In this document: piece after piece, positions 9,573 through 20,520 of the stretch
Position numbering within the stretch: position 1 is the stretch's first letter
Layout: each line of letters begins with the position of its first letter
Source: an uncultured delta proteobacterium
GTDB lineage: Bacteria > Myxococcota > Myxococcia > Myxococcales > Anaeromyxobacteraceae
NCBI GenBank assembly: GCA_963828255.1
Contig: CAWHDZ010000026.1
Location: 32,001 to 96,000, forward strand
Reading direction: 5' to 3'
Length of the DNA: 64,000 nt
Position numbers and translations under genes: made by a program
Notes under the pieces: generated by a model
What the model saw: only the letters and a program-made list of their open reading frames with translations
What the model was told of the DNA's origin: nothing
Database searches by the model: none

Positions 9573-11012
9573 ATGGACGTCCTCTTCGTCTCCTCCGAGG
9601 TTGCCCCCTTCTCCAAGACCGGCGGGCTGGGCGACGTCGCCGCCTCCCTGCCCGGCGCGCTCTCCGCCCGTGGCCACCGGGTGGCGGTGGTCACGCCCCG
9701 CTACGGCGGGATCGACCCGCAGCGGCACGGGTTCACCTGGCTTCCCACCGCGCTGGAGGCCCGCGGCGAGCACTGCGGGCTGTGGCTCAAGAAGGGCGGG
9801 CCGGGTACACCAGAGGTGTACCTCCTGGAGCACGACCTCTTCTATGGATTCCGCCAGAACCCCTACGGCGACGGCGGGGGCGACTTCCCGGACAACCCGG
9901 CCCGCTTCGCGTTCCTGGCCCGGGCCGCGCTCGAGCTTCCGCGGGCGCTCCGGTTCCGGCCGGCGGTGGTCCACTTCAACGACTGGCAGACGGCGCTCGG
10001 CCCATGGTTCCTGCGCGCCGAGCACCACGACGACCCGTGGCTCTCCGGGGCGCGCAGCGTCTACACCATCCACAACCTGGCCTACCAGGGCATGTTCCCG
10101 AAGTCGTTCATGGACGTCCTCGGGCTCCCCTGGTCGATCTTCCGTCTCGACCGCGGGGTCGAGTTCCACGATCAGCTCAACTTCATGAAGGCCGGGCTCT
10201 CCTTCGCCGACGCCCTCACCACCGTCTCGCCCAACTACGCCCGCGAGGTCCTCACCGTCGAGGGCGGCTACGGCCTCGACACCGTGCTGCGCAGCCGCAG
10301 CGGCGACCTCTTCGGGATCCTGAACGGCATCGACGACAAGGAGTGGAACCCGGCCCACGACCCGCACCTCCCGGTCCACTACGACTGGCGCGACCTGCGC
10401 GGCAAGGTCCGGGTCAAGGCGGCCCTGCAGGCCGAGCTCGGACTCCCGGTGAAGCCGCACGTCCCTCTGGTCGGCCTGGTGGGGCGGCTCGCCGACCAGA
10501 AGGGCATCGACCTCCTGGCGGCGGCCACGCCGGCGCTGCTCCGCTCCGACGCCCAGTTCGCCCTGCTGGGCAGCGGGCAGCGGGAGTTCGAGGAGTTCTT
10601 CGCCTGGGTGGGACGCGAGCGGCCCGACCGCTTCGCGGCCCGCATCGGCTTCGACGAGGGGATGGCCCACCGCATCGAGGCCGGCGCCGACCTCTTCCTC
10701 ATGCCCAGCCGGTTCGAGCCCTGCGGGCTGAACCAGATGTACAGCCTGCGCTACGGCACGCCGCCGGTGGCGCGTGCGGTGGGCGGGCTCGTGGACACGG
10801 TGGAGGACTATGACGGGTGGAAGCGGGGGAACGGCTTCCTCTTCGGCCCGCTCGACCCGGTGGCGCTGGTGGTGGCGACGCGGCGCGCCCTCGACGTCTG
10901 GCGCGACGTGCGCGCCTGGCGGGGGATCCAGGAGCGCGGGATGGAGATCGACTTCTCCTGGGGGAGGAGCGCGGAGCGGTACGAGGCGCTGTACCGGGGG
11001 CTGGCGGAGTAA
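9573..11012 (+). CDS. glgA: Glycogen synthase (GT5)
   Basis: KTGGLGDV, HFNDWQT, TIHNLAYQG and PSRFEPCGLNQMY motifs. Confidence 0.97.
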   Translation: MDVLFVSSEVAPFSKTGGLGDVAASLPGALSARGHRVAVVTPRYGGIDPQRHGFTWLPTALEARGEHCGLWLKKGGPGTPEVYLLEHDLFYGFRQNPYGDGGGDFPDNPARFAFLARAALELPRALRFRPAVVHFNDWQTALGPWFLRAEHHDDPWLSGARSVYTIHNLAYQGMFPKSFMDVLGLPWSIFRLDRGVEFHDQLNFMKAGLSFADALTTVSPNYAREVLTVEGGYGLDTVLRSRSGDLFGILNGIDDKEWNPAHDPHLPVHYDWRDLRGKVRVKAALQAELGLPVKPHVPLVGLVGRLADQKGIDLLAAATPALLRSDAQFALLGSGQREFEEFFAWVGRERPDRFAARIGFDEGMAHRIEAGADLFLMPSRFEPCGLNQMYSLRYGTPPVARAVGGLVDTVEDYDGWKRGNGFLFGPLDPVALVVATRRALDVWRDVRAWRGIQERGMEIDFSWGRSAERYEALYRGLAE

Positions 11013-11040
11013 CGTCCGCCCCCCAAGCGGCGCGCTGCTC

Positions 11041-11292
11041 TCAGCCGCCCCGGCGCCTCGACGGCGACGCCATCAGCCGGAAGAAGGCCCGGTCATCGGC
11101 CCGCTCGGCCCGGTAGGGCTGGTCGAGGTACAGCCAGTATCCCGTCCCGTCCTGCTCCACCGCATCCGGGTGGCGCTGGAGGAGGAACCACAGGCCTGTC
11201 TCGGTGACCGTCGGAACGCCGTCGCGCACGACGTGGATGAGCCCCCAGGGAGCCCACGGGTTTGTGTCCCACATGGCGTTGGCGATTAGCAC
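11041..11292 (-). CDS. Small hypothetical Trp-rich protein (83 aa)
   Basis: GTG start; LIANAMWDTNPWAPWGLIHVV...GYWLYLDQPY; non-shadow composition and fills the gap after the zincin gene. Confidence 0.55.
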   Translation of the reverse strand: MLIANAMWDTNPWAPWGLIHVVRDGVPTVTETGLWFLLQRHPDAVEQDGTGYWLYLDQPYRAERADDRAFFRLMASPSRRRGG

Positions 11293-11339
11293 GTGGACGC
11301 CGCCCCGGCAACGTCCGTCGGGGCGCGCCTGTCCCCCGG

Positions 11340-12542
11340 TCACTCCAGTCCGCGGGACCGCAACCCCTCGTCGCTCTCCCCGTGCAGGTGCCCGAGCTCG
11401 TGCAGGAGCGTGACCCGCACCTGCTCGGAGAGCTGCGCCCGGTCCCGGGCGAAGCGAAGCAGGTTGCGCCGGTAGAGCACGATGGAGCGGCAATCCGGCC
11501 CCTCCCGGGCCAGGCAGGGCTCGCCGAGCGACGGCCCCCGGAAGAGCCCCAGGATCGACGGCGAGAGCGGCGGCTCCACCGCCGTGAGGTCCGCATAGGC
11601 GGGGATCTCCTCCACCTCGACCGGCACCCCGGCGAGCGCCGCGCGCTCGCCCTCGGGCAGCTCGGAGAGCGCCCGGCGAAGCTCGGCCTCGAAGGCGGCC
11701 CGCGAGAGGTCCACCGGCGGCCGGAGGTCTCGCGGCGCGAGCCTCGCCGCCCGCCCGAGCAGCTCGTGCGCCCGACGCTCCTCGCCGGCCCGCTCGGCGA
11801 GCAGCCCCAGGTGGTGCAGCGCCCACGGGTCCCTGGGCGACTGCCGGAGCACCCGCTCGAAGGCCCGCCGCGCCGGGGCGAAGCGGCAGAGCTCGAAGAG
11901 GGCCACGCCGCGCTCGTAGTGTGCGTCCACGTCGCGCGGGTCGAGGGCCACCGCGCTCTCGAGGTGCCTGAGCGCCTCCCGGCTGCGCCCCAGCTCGTTC
12001 CCGGCCATTCCGGCGAGCACGAGCAGGCGCGTCACGAGCGACCGGTCGGCGCGCGGCCCGGAGGTGGCGCGCTCGGCGCCGCGCAGCGCCAGGTCGAGCC
12101 CCGCCTCCAGCGAGTCACGGTCGCCGAAGTGGGTGACGTGGAGATCGGCGGCGACGAGGAGGGTGGCCGGGTCGTCCGGGTCGGCCGCCAGCAACCGGGA
12201 GAGCGCCGCGCGGGCGTCGGCGTCACGGTCGAGCGCGGCCAGCGCCAGTGCCCTCTCGCGCAGCGGCGCGCGGTCGCGCGGATCGCCCGCCAGCGCCTCG
12301 TCGGCGCAGGCGAGCGCCGCCTCGTGGTGGGCGCCCTCCCGTGCGCGGGTCGCCGCCTGCGTGAGCTCGCCCGAGGTCGGGTTCTCGTGGCCGGGCAGGC
12401 AGGGGCCGGGCGGTTCGCGGACCGGGGCCTGCGCCTCGGCCGGCGTCGGGGAGGCGCGGCCGCCTCGCGCGCCGTCGTCCTGCTCCGGAGCCCGTGCCGT
12501 GCAGGCGCCGGCGACGAGAAGGGCGGCGAACGCGATCCGCAT
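11340..12542 (-). CDS. TPR-repeat lipoprotein with C-terminal zincin-like metallopeptidase domain
   Basis: Lipobox-like LVAGAC, TPR repeats, ILGLF.G...IVLYRRN...VTLLHELGH (HExxH). Confidence 0.85.
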   Translation of the reverse strand: MRIAFAALLVAGACTARAPEQDDGARGGRASPTPAEAQAPVREPPGPCLPGHENPTSGELTQAATRAREGAHHEAALACADEALAGDPRDRAPLRERALALAALDRDADARAALSRLLAADPDDPATLLVAADLHVTHFGDRDSLEAGLDLALRGAERATSGPRADRSLVTRLLVLAGMAGNELGRSREALRHLESAVALDPRDVDAHYERGVALFELCRFAPARRAFERVLRQSPRDPWALHHLGLLAERAGEERRAHELLGRAARLAPRDLRPPVDLSRAAFEAELRRALSELPEGERAALAGVPVEVEEIPAYADLTAVEPPLSPSILGLFRGPSLGEPCLAREGPDCRSIVLYRRNLLRFARDRAQLSEQVRVTLLHELGHLHGESDEGLRSRGLE

Positions 12543-12550
12543 GGGTCCCC

Positions 12551-13666
12551 TCACCGGACCGGTCCCCGGGGCGCGAGGCGCGAGGGAGCGAACGGGGCGA
12601 GATCCACCGGCGTGGGGCGGCCGAGGACCGCCGCGCTCACCGCGTCGGCCGTCACCGGGGTGAGCAGCACGCCGTTGCGGTAGTGGCCGGTGGCGTAGAA
12701 GAGCCCGGGGACGCGTCCCGGACCGAGGATGGGCAGCCCGTCCGGCGTGGCCGGCCGGAAGTTGGACCAGGTCTCCACGACCGGCGCCCCGGCGAGCCCC
12801 GGCGCGACCTCCACCGCGAGCTGAAGCACGTGCAGGAGGCCCCCCGCGGTCACCGCCTTCTCGAAGCCCGCCTCCTCCATGGTGGAGCCGCAGAGGATGC
12901 GCCCGTCCGGCCGCGGGACCAGGTAGCCCTTGTCGGAGAAGACCACGCGGGAGAGCAGGGGAGGGCGCGTGTCCAGCACCGCGATCTGCCCGCGCACCGG
13001 CCGGACCGCACCCGCCGGAAGGTCGTTGCCGGCCACCTGCATCGACCAGGCCCCGGCTGCGAGCACCACCGCGCCGGCCGGGATGCGCCCCGACTCGTGA
13101 TCCACGCCGACCACCCGCCCGCCCTCGACGGCGATGCCCCGGACCTGCCCCTGCACGAAGCGGGCGCCGGCGCGGGCCGCGGCGACGTGCAGCGCGCGGC
13201 CGAGCAGCCTCGGATCGACCGAGGCCTCCCCGGGGAACCAGATCCCGCCGCGGGTCTCGGGCGAGAGCCCCGGCTCGAGCCGCCGGACGGCGTCGCCGTC
13301 GAGCACCGACACCTCGAGGCCGGCCCGCTCGAGCATGGCCGCGCGGGCGGCCAGCACCGGCGTGAAGCGGTCGTCCACCGACACCTCGAGCGTGCCGCCG
13401 CCGCGGAAGCCCACCCAGGAGCCGGAGAGCTGCTCCACCTCCGTGGCGAAGTCCCTCCAGCGGGAGAGCGACTGCACGCACAGATCGTGGAAGGGTCCCG
13501 GCTCCGCCTCCACCCCGGGCGAGAGGATCCCGCCCGCGGCGCTGGAGGCCTCCGCGCCGGGGATGCTGCGCTCGAGCACCACGACGCCCAGCCCGGCCTG
13601 GGCGAGGCGCAGGGCCACGCCGCAGCCCTGGAGGCCCGCGCCGACGAGGACGACGTCCGTGCTCAT
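12551..13666 (-). CDS. thiO: Glycine oxidase ThiO-like FAD-dependent oxidoreductase
   Basis: VGAGLQG FAD motif, ASSAAGGIL, PVRGQ, RPATPDGLP and GHYRNGVLL. Confidence 0.88.
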   Translation of the reverse strand: MSTDVVLVGAGLQGCGVALRLAQAGLGVVVLERSIPGAEASSAAGGILSPGVEAEPGPFHDLCVQSLSRWRDFATEVEQLSGSWVGFRGGGTLEVSVDDRFTPVLAARAAMLERAGLEVSVLDGDAVRRLEPGLSPETRGGIWFPGEASVDPRLLGRALHVAAARAGARFVQGQVRGIAVEGGRVVGVDHESGRIPAGAVVLAAGAWSMQVAGNDLPAGAVRPVRGQIAVLDTRPPLLSRVVFSDKGYLVPRPDGRILCGSTMEEAGFEKAVTAGGLLHVLQLAVEVAPGLAGAPVVETWSNFRPATPDGLPILGPGRVPGLFYATGHYRNGVLLTPVTADAVSAAVLGRPTPVDLAPFAPSRLAPRGPVR

Positions 13667-13726
13667 GCTCCGCACCGTATCGCCGCGCGGGAGCGCGGCC
13701 AAGGGCCGATGCGGCCGACCCCTGGG

Positions 13727-14344
13727 CTACTTGGCCTCGAGCCCGTGCAGCAGCACGTCGCTCACCAGCGCCTTCCAGGAGTCGCTCGACGGGGCGCCGC
13801 CCTCGAAGAAGGAGTGGGTCGATTCGTGGGCCGCGGCGACCAGCGCCGCGAACCCGGCCACGGCCAGGACCGCCATCTCCGGGTCCACCCCGGCCCGCAG
13901 CGCGTGGCCGTTGCCCTGGCGCATCACCTCGGTGAGGCGCCGCATCGGCATGACCACGCTCGGATCGGAGGCCACGATCTCGCGGAGGAACGGCCCGCCG
14001 TCGAGCAGCTCGCGGATCACGATCTGGCTCGCCTCGGGGTCCTTCATGCGCGTCTCGAGGTAGGCCGAGACGACGCCGTGGGCGCCGCCGCTGGTCTCGA
14101 TCTGCCCGGCGATCTCCTTCGCCCCTTCCGTCCAGATGGACTTGAGGATCTCGACGTAGAGCGCCCGCTTCGACGCCCAGTGCCGGTAGAGGAGCGCGAC
14201 GTTGCAGCCGGCCCGCTTGGCGATGCCCTGGACCCGCGCACCGTGGTAGCCCCGGCTGGAGAATTCGGTTCGCGCCGCCGCCCACAGCCGGGAGGCAATC
14301 CGTCCACCGGGCGCAGCAGCCGTCGTCGTTGCCTGGGTTTCCAT
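13727..14344 (-). CDS. TetR/AcrR family transcriptional regulator
   Basis: AARTEFSSRGYHGARVQGIAKRAGCNVALLYRHWASKRALY HTH; GGAGG SD. Confidence 0.92.
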   Translation of the reverse strand: METQATTTAAAPGGRIASRLWAAARTEFSSRGYHGARVQGIAKRAGCNVALLYRHWASKRALYVEILKSIWTEGAKEIAGQIETSGGAHGVVSAYLETRMKDPEASQIVIRELLDGGPFLREIVASDPSVVMPMRRLTEVMRQGNGHALRAGVDPEMAVLAVAGFAALVAAAHESTHSFFEGGAPSSDSWKALVSDVLLHGLEAK

Positions 14345-14532
14345 GGGCGACCTCCTGAATGAGAAGACGTTCATCTCGATGGGTAAATGACTTGAATCAA
14401 GATGGACTCATGAAGTCTACAATAAACCGTTCCAGGCGCAAGTCGGGACCCATCCGGGTGCTATCACCCGGCCAGGTCTCCTCCGACCCCCTGGGGTCCG
14501 GCCCCGCGGAGGCCGGTGATAAAGAGGATGGG

Positions 14533-15789
14533 ATGCGGTCCATCCTCCACCTCGACCTCGACGCCTTCTTCGCCTCGGTCGAGCAGCTCGACGATCCGGG
14601 GCTCCGGGGGCGGCCGGTCATCGTGGGGGGGACCTCGGGGCGAGGGGTGGTCTGCGCCGCCAGCTACGAGGCGCGCCGTTCCGGGGTGCGCTCCGCCATG
14701 CCCACCGCGGAGGCCCGCCGCCGCTGCCCCGCCGGTGTCTTCCTCCCCCCGCGCTTCGAGCGCTACGGGGAGCTGTCCCGCCAGGTCTTCGGCATCTACC
14801 GCCGCTACACGCCTCTCGTCGAGCCGCTCTCCCTCGACGAGGCCTTCCTCGACGTGACCCGCAGCCGCGCCCTTCACGGGGAGCCCGGGCACATTGCACG
14901 AAAGGTGAAGGACGAGGTCCGGGAGGGGACGGGCCTCACCGTCTCGGCCGGCGTGGCCGACTGCAAGATGGCGGCGAAGATCGCCTCCGACCTGGGGAAG
15001 CCCGACGGGCTGGTGGCCGTGCCCCCCGGGACCACCGCAGCGTTCCTGGAGCCGCTCCCGGTCTCGCGCCTGTGGGGGGTGGGGAAGGTCACCGGGCAGG
15101 CCCTGCGCGCGCTCGGGATCGCCACCATCGGGGAGCTGGCCCGCTTCCCGGAGCAGGTCCTGGTGGAGCGGTTCGGCTCGCAGGGCGCCCACATGCGCGC
15201 CCTCTCCCGCGGCGACGACCCGCGCCCCGTCGTCCCCGACGAGGAGGCCCACTCGGTCGGGGCCGAGGACACCTTCGAGCGCGACCTCCTGGGGGAGGCG
15301 GCGCTGCTCCCGCAGCTGCTCGACCAGAGCGTGCGCGTGGCCCGGAGGCTCCGGGAGGCGGGGTTGCGCGGCCGGGTCGTGACGCTCAAGGTGAAATTCG
15401 CCGACTTCGAGCAGCTCACCCGCCGCTCCACGCTGCCCCACCCCACCGACGACGGCGGGGAGATCTACCGGTCGATCCGGGAGGACCTGGCCCGGGCCGG
15501 GCTCGACCGGCCGGTTCGGCTCACCGGGGTGACGGTGTCGGGGTTCGACGCCGGGGAAGCTCCGAAGGACCAGCTCGGGCTCTTCGGAGGGGAGCCGGAG
15601 ACGGCCCCGAGGGAGGGGGAGGGGAAGCGCGAGGCGCTCAACGCAGCTCTGGACGCCCTGGCCAACCGCTTCGGCGAGGGGGCGGTGAAGCCGGCCACCC
15701 TGGTGGAGCGGGAGCCCGAGACGCTGCGCGCCCGGATCCGCTGGCCCACCCGTGGCGGCAAGGGCGGCGCCGGGCCTGGACCGACCTAG
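14533..15789 (+). CDS. dinB: DNA polymerase IV (Y family)
   Basis: ILHLDLDAFFASVE, SYEAR, SLDEAFLD and KIASDLGKPDG motifs. Confidence 0.96.
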   Translation: MRSILHLDLDAFFASVEQLDDPGLRGRPVIVGGTSGRGVVCAASYEARRSGVRSAMPTAEARRRCPAGVFLPPRFERYGELSRQVFGIYRRYTPLVEPLSLDEAFLDVTRSRALHGEPGHIARKVKDEVREGTGLTVSAGVADCKMAAKIASDLGKPDGLVAVPPGTTAAFLEPLPVSRLWGVGKVTGQALRALGIATIGELARFPEQVLVERFGSQGAHMRALSRGDDPRPVVPDEEAHSVGAEDTFERDLLGEAALLPQLLDQSVRVARRLREAGLRGRVVTLKVKFADFEQLTRRSTLPHPTDDGGEIYRSIREDLARAGLDRPVRLTGVTVSGFDAGEAPKDQLGLFGGEPETAPREGEGKREALNAALDALANRFGEGAVKPATLVEREPETLRARIRWPTRGGKGGAGPGPT

Positions 15790-16224
15790 CTAGAACGGCA
15801 GGAGCGAGCGCCCCATGCCGAGGAGCGGCCAGGGAACGGCCAGCACCGCGACGACCAGGGCGGCCAGGTAGAACCGGTAGGCGGTCCGCCAGCGCCCGGC
15901 GTCGTCGAGCATGCGCCGCGACTTCACGCTCCCGATGTGGACGAGCGCCACCACGGCGATGCCCGCCAGCGGATGGACGAAGGTCCAGTAGTGGGAGCGC
16001 CCCCCGGCGGTGATGGCGTTGGGGGAGAGCCAGAGCCACATCGCGAGGCCGAGGAGGAGCTGGAGGTCCGCCACCGCGGCCAGCACCACGCCGGGGACGC
16101 GAGCCTTCCGGGTGAAGGCCCGCCCGTCGTGGAGGCCAGCCCGGGCCGAGAAGGCGGCCCAGGCGGCGGCGGCCAGCACGGCCCAGCGGAGGATGGAGTG
16201 TGCGAACAGGACGACGAGGAGCAT
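15790..16224 (-). CDS. Hypothetical 4-TM membrane protein with His residues (cytochrome b-like?)
   Basis: Four hydrophobic segments; HSILRW, HPLAG and HIG; ends VPWP....RSLLPF. Confidence 0.7.
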   Translation of the reverse strand: MLLVVLFAHSILRWAVLAAAAWAAFSARAGLHDGRAFTRKARVPGVVLAAVADLQLLLGLAMWLWLSPNAITAGGRSHYWTFVHPLAGIAVVALVHIGSVKSRRMLDDAGRWRTAYRFYLAALVVAVLAVPWPLLGMGRSLLPF

Positions 16225-16249
16225 GGGCGGCCTCTCTGATGTTCCTGCG

Positions 16250-16630
16250 CTAGTGGTGCATGGGCGGCGGCCCCGCGATGCGGCGGATCCGGTCGAGGAT
16301 CTCCTCCATCCCGACGCTCTTCGGGATGAAGCCCTGGACCCCCAGCAGCTCCGATTCCCACTCGTAGCCGTAGGCGGACAGGATGAGGACGGGGATGTGG
16401 GCGGTGGACTGCTCCTTGCGCATGCGCTCGACGACGCCCCAGCCGTCGAGGACCGGCATCTTGAGGTCGAGGAGGACGACGCCGGGGGTCTCGACCGCGA
16501 TGCGACGGAGGGCCAGCTCGCCGTTTCCGGCCTGCTCCACCGGGTAGCCAGCCTCGGAGAGCACTTCGCAGAGAGCCTCGCGGAAGTCGTCGTCGTCGTC
16601 GACGACCAGGATGGCCTGCCCCGGGGTCAC
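16250..16630 (-). CDS. Single-domain response regulator (receiver)
   Basis: ILVVDDD, LLDLKMP.LDG, ILSA, FIPK; GTG overlaps the upstream stop. Confidence 0.9.
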   Translation of the reverse strand: MTPGQAILVVDDDDDFREALCEVLSEAGYPVEQAGNGELALRRIAVETPGVVLLDLKMPVLDGWGVVERMRKEQSTAHIPVLILSAYGYEWESELLGVQGFIPKSVGMEEILDRIRRIAGPPPMHH

Positions 16631-17601
16631 GCCGCCACCTCGGGGGCGCCCTGGAGCGTGGCCACGATCTCGGAGGCCACGCGGCGCGCCTCGTCGAGAC
16701 GGTCGGGGTCGAGCGACACCGCGCCCACCACCGGGTGACCGCCGCCGCCGTAGCGCTCGCAGATGCGGGAGATGTCGTGGGCCCGCGGGGGGCGCGCCCA
16801 GGGATTGGAGCCCACCGAAACCTTGGAGCGCTTGGCGTCGTGCGAGACCGTGACGGTGTAGCGGGCCTCCGGGAAGAGCCAGTAGAGGACGAACTTGTTG
16901 CCGGTCTCGAGCCCGGCGGCGGCCAGGTCGAGGAAGGCCACGCCCCCCTCGACGCGCGCAGCGGCCCTGACCGCGTCGATGGAGCGGAAGTGGCGTTCCA
17001 GGACCGGAGCCAGGGGGCCCTCGATCCAGGGCTCGGCAGCCACCTCGCCGAGGGGGCGCGTGCGCAGCGCCACGATGAGCTTCCCGGGGGCGGCGGGATC
17101 GCGGGTGGCCTCGAGGAAGGTCATGATGCGCAGCGCGGGCTCCGCCAGCTTCACCGCCATCTCGGCCGAGGGGAAGGCGGCCGCATCGATCACGTCGGCC
17201 CATCGGACCAGCTCGGCCAGATCGGGGGCCTCGAACCCGAATCGCTCCCGGGTCACCCGGGAGATGAAGCCGGTGCAGGAGGGGGCCTTCGGGTCCCAGA
17301 AGCGCTGCCCGGACCGATCGGCCTCGTAGTGGGCACGGTCGGAGGCCGGCTGGAAGGCGCTCTGGTGGTGGTCGAACCACCAGTCGAGGCGGGGGGACGG
17401 GGAGTAGCGGAAGTCCACGATCGCGTTCAGATCGGCCCGGAAGGCGTCCGCCGGGATGGCGCCCGCCGCCTGGTGCTGCAACGGGACGTGCTCGATGGCG
17501 CGGAGGCCGGGGCCCAGGCGGGCCTGGAGGAAGCGCCCCAGCAGCGCCGCCGAGGCGCAGCCGTCGAAGCAGTTGGCGTGGTAAAGAATGCGGGCGTCCA
17601 T
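16627..17601 (-). CDS. DHH family phosphoesterase
   Basis: YH..CFDG, IVDF, FDHH and C-terminal GGGGH...G (DHHA1-like). Confidence 0.88.
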   Translation of the reverse strand: MDARILYHANCFDGCASAALLGRFLQARLGPGLRAIEHVPLQHQAAGAIPADAFRADLNAIVDFRYSPSPRLDWWFDHHQSAFQPASDRAHYEADRSGQRFWDPKAPSCTGFISRVTRERFGFEAPDLAELVRWADVIDAAAFPSAEMAVKLAEPALRIMTFLEATRDPAAPGKLIVALRTRPLGEVAAEPWIEGPLAPVLERHFRSIDAVRAAARVEGGVAFLDLAAAGLETGNKFVLYWLFPEARYTVTVSHDAKRSKVSVGSNPWARPPRAHDISRICERYGGGGHPVVGAVSLDPDRLDEARRVASEIVATLQGAPEVAA

Positions 17602-17705
17602 GCGGCGGGTCGGATCTAAGGGTTGCGGCAGGGCCCCGTCAACGAAAGCATCCACCCCCCCCTTCCGGTCGACGCGGCGAGGGGTGCGCGCTACACTCCG
17701 CGGCG

Positions 17706-18667
<962 letters not shown>

Positions 18668-18671
<4 letters not shown>

Positions 18672-19567
18672 GCCCGCGCCCCCCCGACGAGGTCCGCGGC
18701 TCCACGCAGACCCAGGTGGTGATCCTGACCGGCGTCTCGGGGTCGGGGAAGACCACCGCGCTGCGCGCCCTCGAGGACGGCGGCTTCTACTGCGTCGACA
18801 ACTTCCCCATCGTCTTCCTCGAGAAGCTGCTCGAGCTCTCCGGCCACACCGCCGGCGAGGTCTCCCGCATCGGCCTGGTGGTGGACGCTCGCGAGCAGCG
18901 CTTCCTGGCCGACGCCCCCCGGATCGTCGAGGACCTGCGCCGCAAGGGGGCCGACGTCACCGTCCTCTTCTTCGACTCCTCCGACGAGTCGCTCATCCGC
19001 CGCTACTCGGAGACCCGCCGCCGCCACCCGCTGGCCGGGGGCTCGGGCAGCGTCCCGGAGGGCATCGCCGCCGAGCGCAAGGCGCTCGAGCCCCTGCGCG
19101 CCGTGGCCGACGAGGTGGTGGACACCACGCGGCTCAACGTCCACGAGCTGAAGCGGCTTGTGCACAACCGCTTCGTGGGCGCCGGCGCCGACGCCATGGG
19201 CGTGACCCTGGTCTCCTTCGGGTTCCGCACCGGCATCCCCGCCCACGCCGACCTGGTCCTCGACGTGCGCTTCCTGCCCAACCCCTACTTCGTCCCCGAG
19301 CTGAAGCCCTTCCCGGGCACCGAGCCCAGGGTGCGCGACTTCGTCCTCGGGCAGGAGGACGCGCAGCGCTTCCTGGAGAAGGCCGAGGACCTGGCCGGAT
19401 TCCTCATCCCCCGCTACCGCGCCGAGGGGAAGACCTACCTGACCGTGGCCATCGGGTGCACCGGCGGGCGCCACCGCTCGGTGGCCATCGCGACCGAGCT
19501 GGCGGCCCGAATGGGCAAGCGCGGGATCCCGGTCCGGGTCTGGCACCGCGACGTTGACAAGGAGTGA
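18668..19567 (+). CDS. rapZ: RNase adapter RapZ/YvcJ
   Basis: [50 protein letters not shown] overlap with hprK. Confidence 0.96.
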
Positions 19568-19573
19568 ACGATC

Positions 19574-20014
19574 ATGATCGGGGTGGTGATCGCGACGCAC
19601 GGCAGGCTCGCGGAGGAGGCCCTGGCCTGCGCCGAGGGGATCGTCGGGGTGCTGCAGCGCGCCCGCGCCGTCTCGGTCTCCTCGGCCCTGCCGCTCGACG
19701 CCGCACGCGAGGCCATCGCCGCCGCCATCCGCGACGTGGAAGAAGGGGACGGGGTGCTCATCCTCACCGACATGCTGGGGGGAACGCCGGCCAACCTGGC
19801 GCTGGGCTTCCTCGGCGACCGCGTCGACGTCATCACCGGCGTGAACCTCCCCATGCTGCTCAAGCTCTCCACCTGCCGGACCCCCGAGGCCACGCTCCCC
19901 GACGTGGCCCGCCTCATCTGCGCCTACGGCCAGAAGAACGTCACGCTGGCGAGCGACCTGCTCCGGCCCAGGGGCGCCGCCGGCCCTGCGCCGGGGGGCG
20001 GAGGATCGGCATGA
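19574..20014 (+). CDS. PTS mannose-family EIIA
   Basis: VIATHG (phospho-His), LTDMLGGTP.N and TGVNLPML. Confidence 0.93.
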   Translation: MIGVVIATHGRLAEEALACAEGIVGVLQRARAVSVSSALPLDAAREAIAAAIRDVEEGDGVLILTDMLGGTPANLALGFLGDRVDVITGVNLPMLLKLSTCRTPEATLPDVARLICAYGQKNVTLASDLLRPRGAAGPAPGGGGSA

Positions 20015-20505
20015 TCGCGCTCGTCCGCATCGACGAGCGGCTGGTCCACGGGCAGGTGCTCGTGGGCTGGGTCCCGCACCTCGGCGCGCGGCGGGTGGTG
20101 GTCGCGGACGACGAGGCGGCCCGCAGCCCGCTGGCCCGGGCGGCCATGTCGCTGGCGCTCCCCCCTGGAGTGGAGGCGTCGGTGGATGCGCTGGGCGCGG
20201 TGGACTGGGAGGCGCTCGGGCGCTCCCCCGACCCGGTGCTGGTGGTGCTCCGCGACGTGGCCCTGGCCGAGCGGGCGCTCGCCGCCGGGCTCACCCCCGG
20301 GCGGGTCGCCGTCCTGAACGTCGGGAACGTCCACTACGCCGAGGGGCGGCGGCAGGTGACGCCGTCGGTCTTCCTCTCCGGGGCCGAGGTGGAGGGGCTG
20401 CGCCGGCTCGCCGCCGCCGGCTTCCGGGTCGAGATCCGGGCGGTCCCCCTCGACGCCCCCATCGACCTGGCCGAGATCGAGCGGCGCTGGGCCGCCGCCG
20501 GCTGA
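20011..20505 (+). CDS. PTS mannose-family EIIB
   Basis: RIDERLVHGQV signature and LNVGN. Confidence 0.93.
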   Translation: MIALVRIDERLVHGQVLVGWVPHLGARRVVVADDEAARSPLARAAMSLALPPGVEASVDALGAVDWEALGRSPDPVLVVLRDVALAERALAAGLTPGRVAVLNVGNVHYAEGRRQVTPSVFLSGAEVEGLRRLAAAGFRVEIRAVPLDAPIDLAEIERRWAAAG

Positions 20506-20520
20506 TAGGATCGGGAAAGC

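Noticed and set aside
11340..14285. 981-aa apparent fusion
   Set aside because: Only 11340-12542 is coding in this frame; the rest overlaps thiO and tetR in other frames
14416..14437. CTACAATAAACCGTTCCAGG as a Myxococcus-type LexA box before dinB
   Set aside because: Spacing and 3' half do not fit the CTRHAMRYBYGTTCAGS consensus as I recall it
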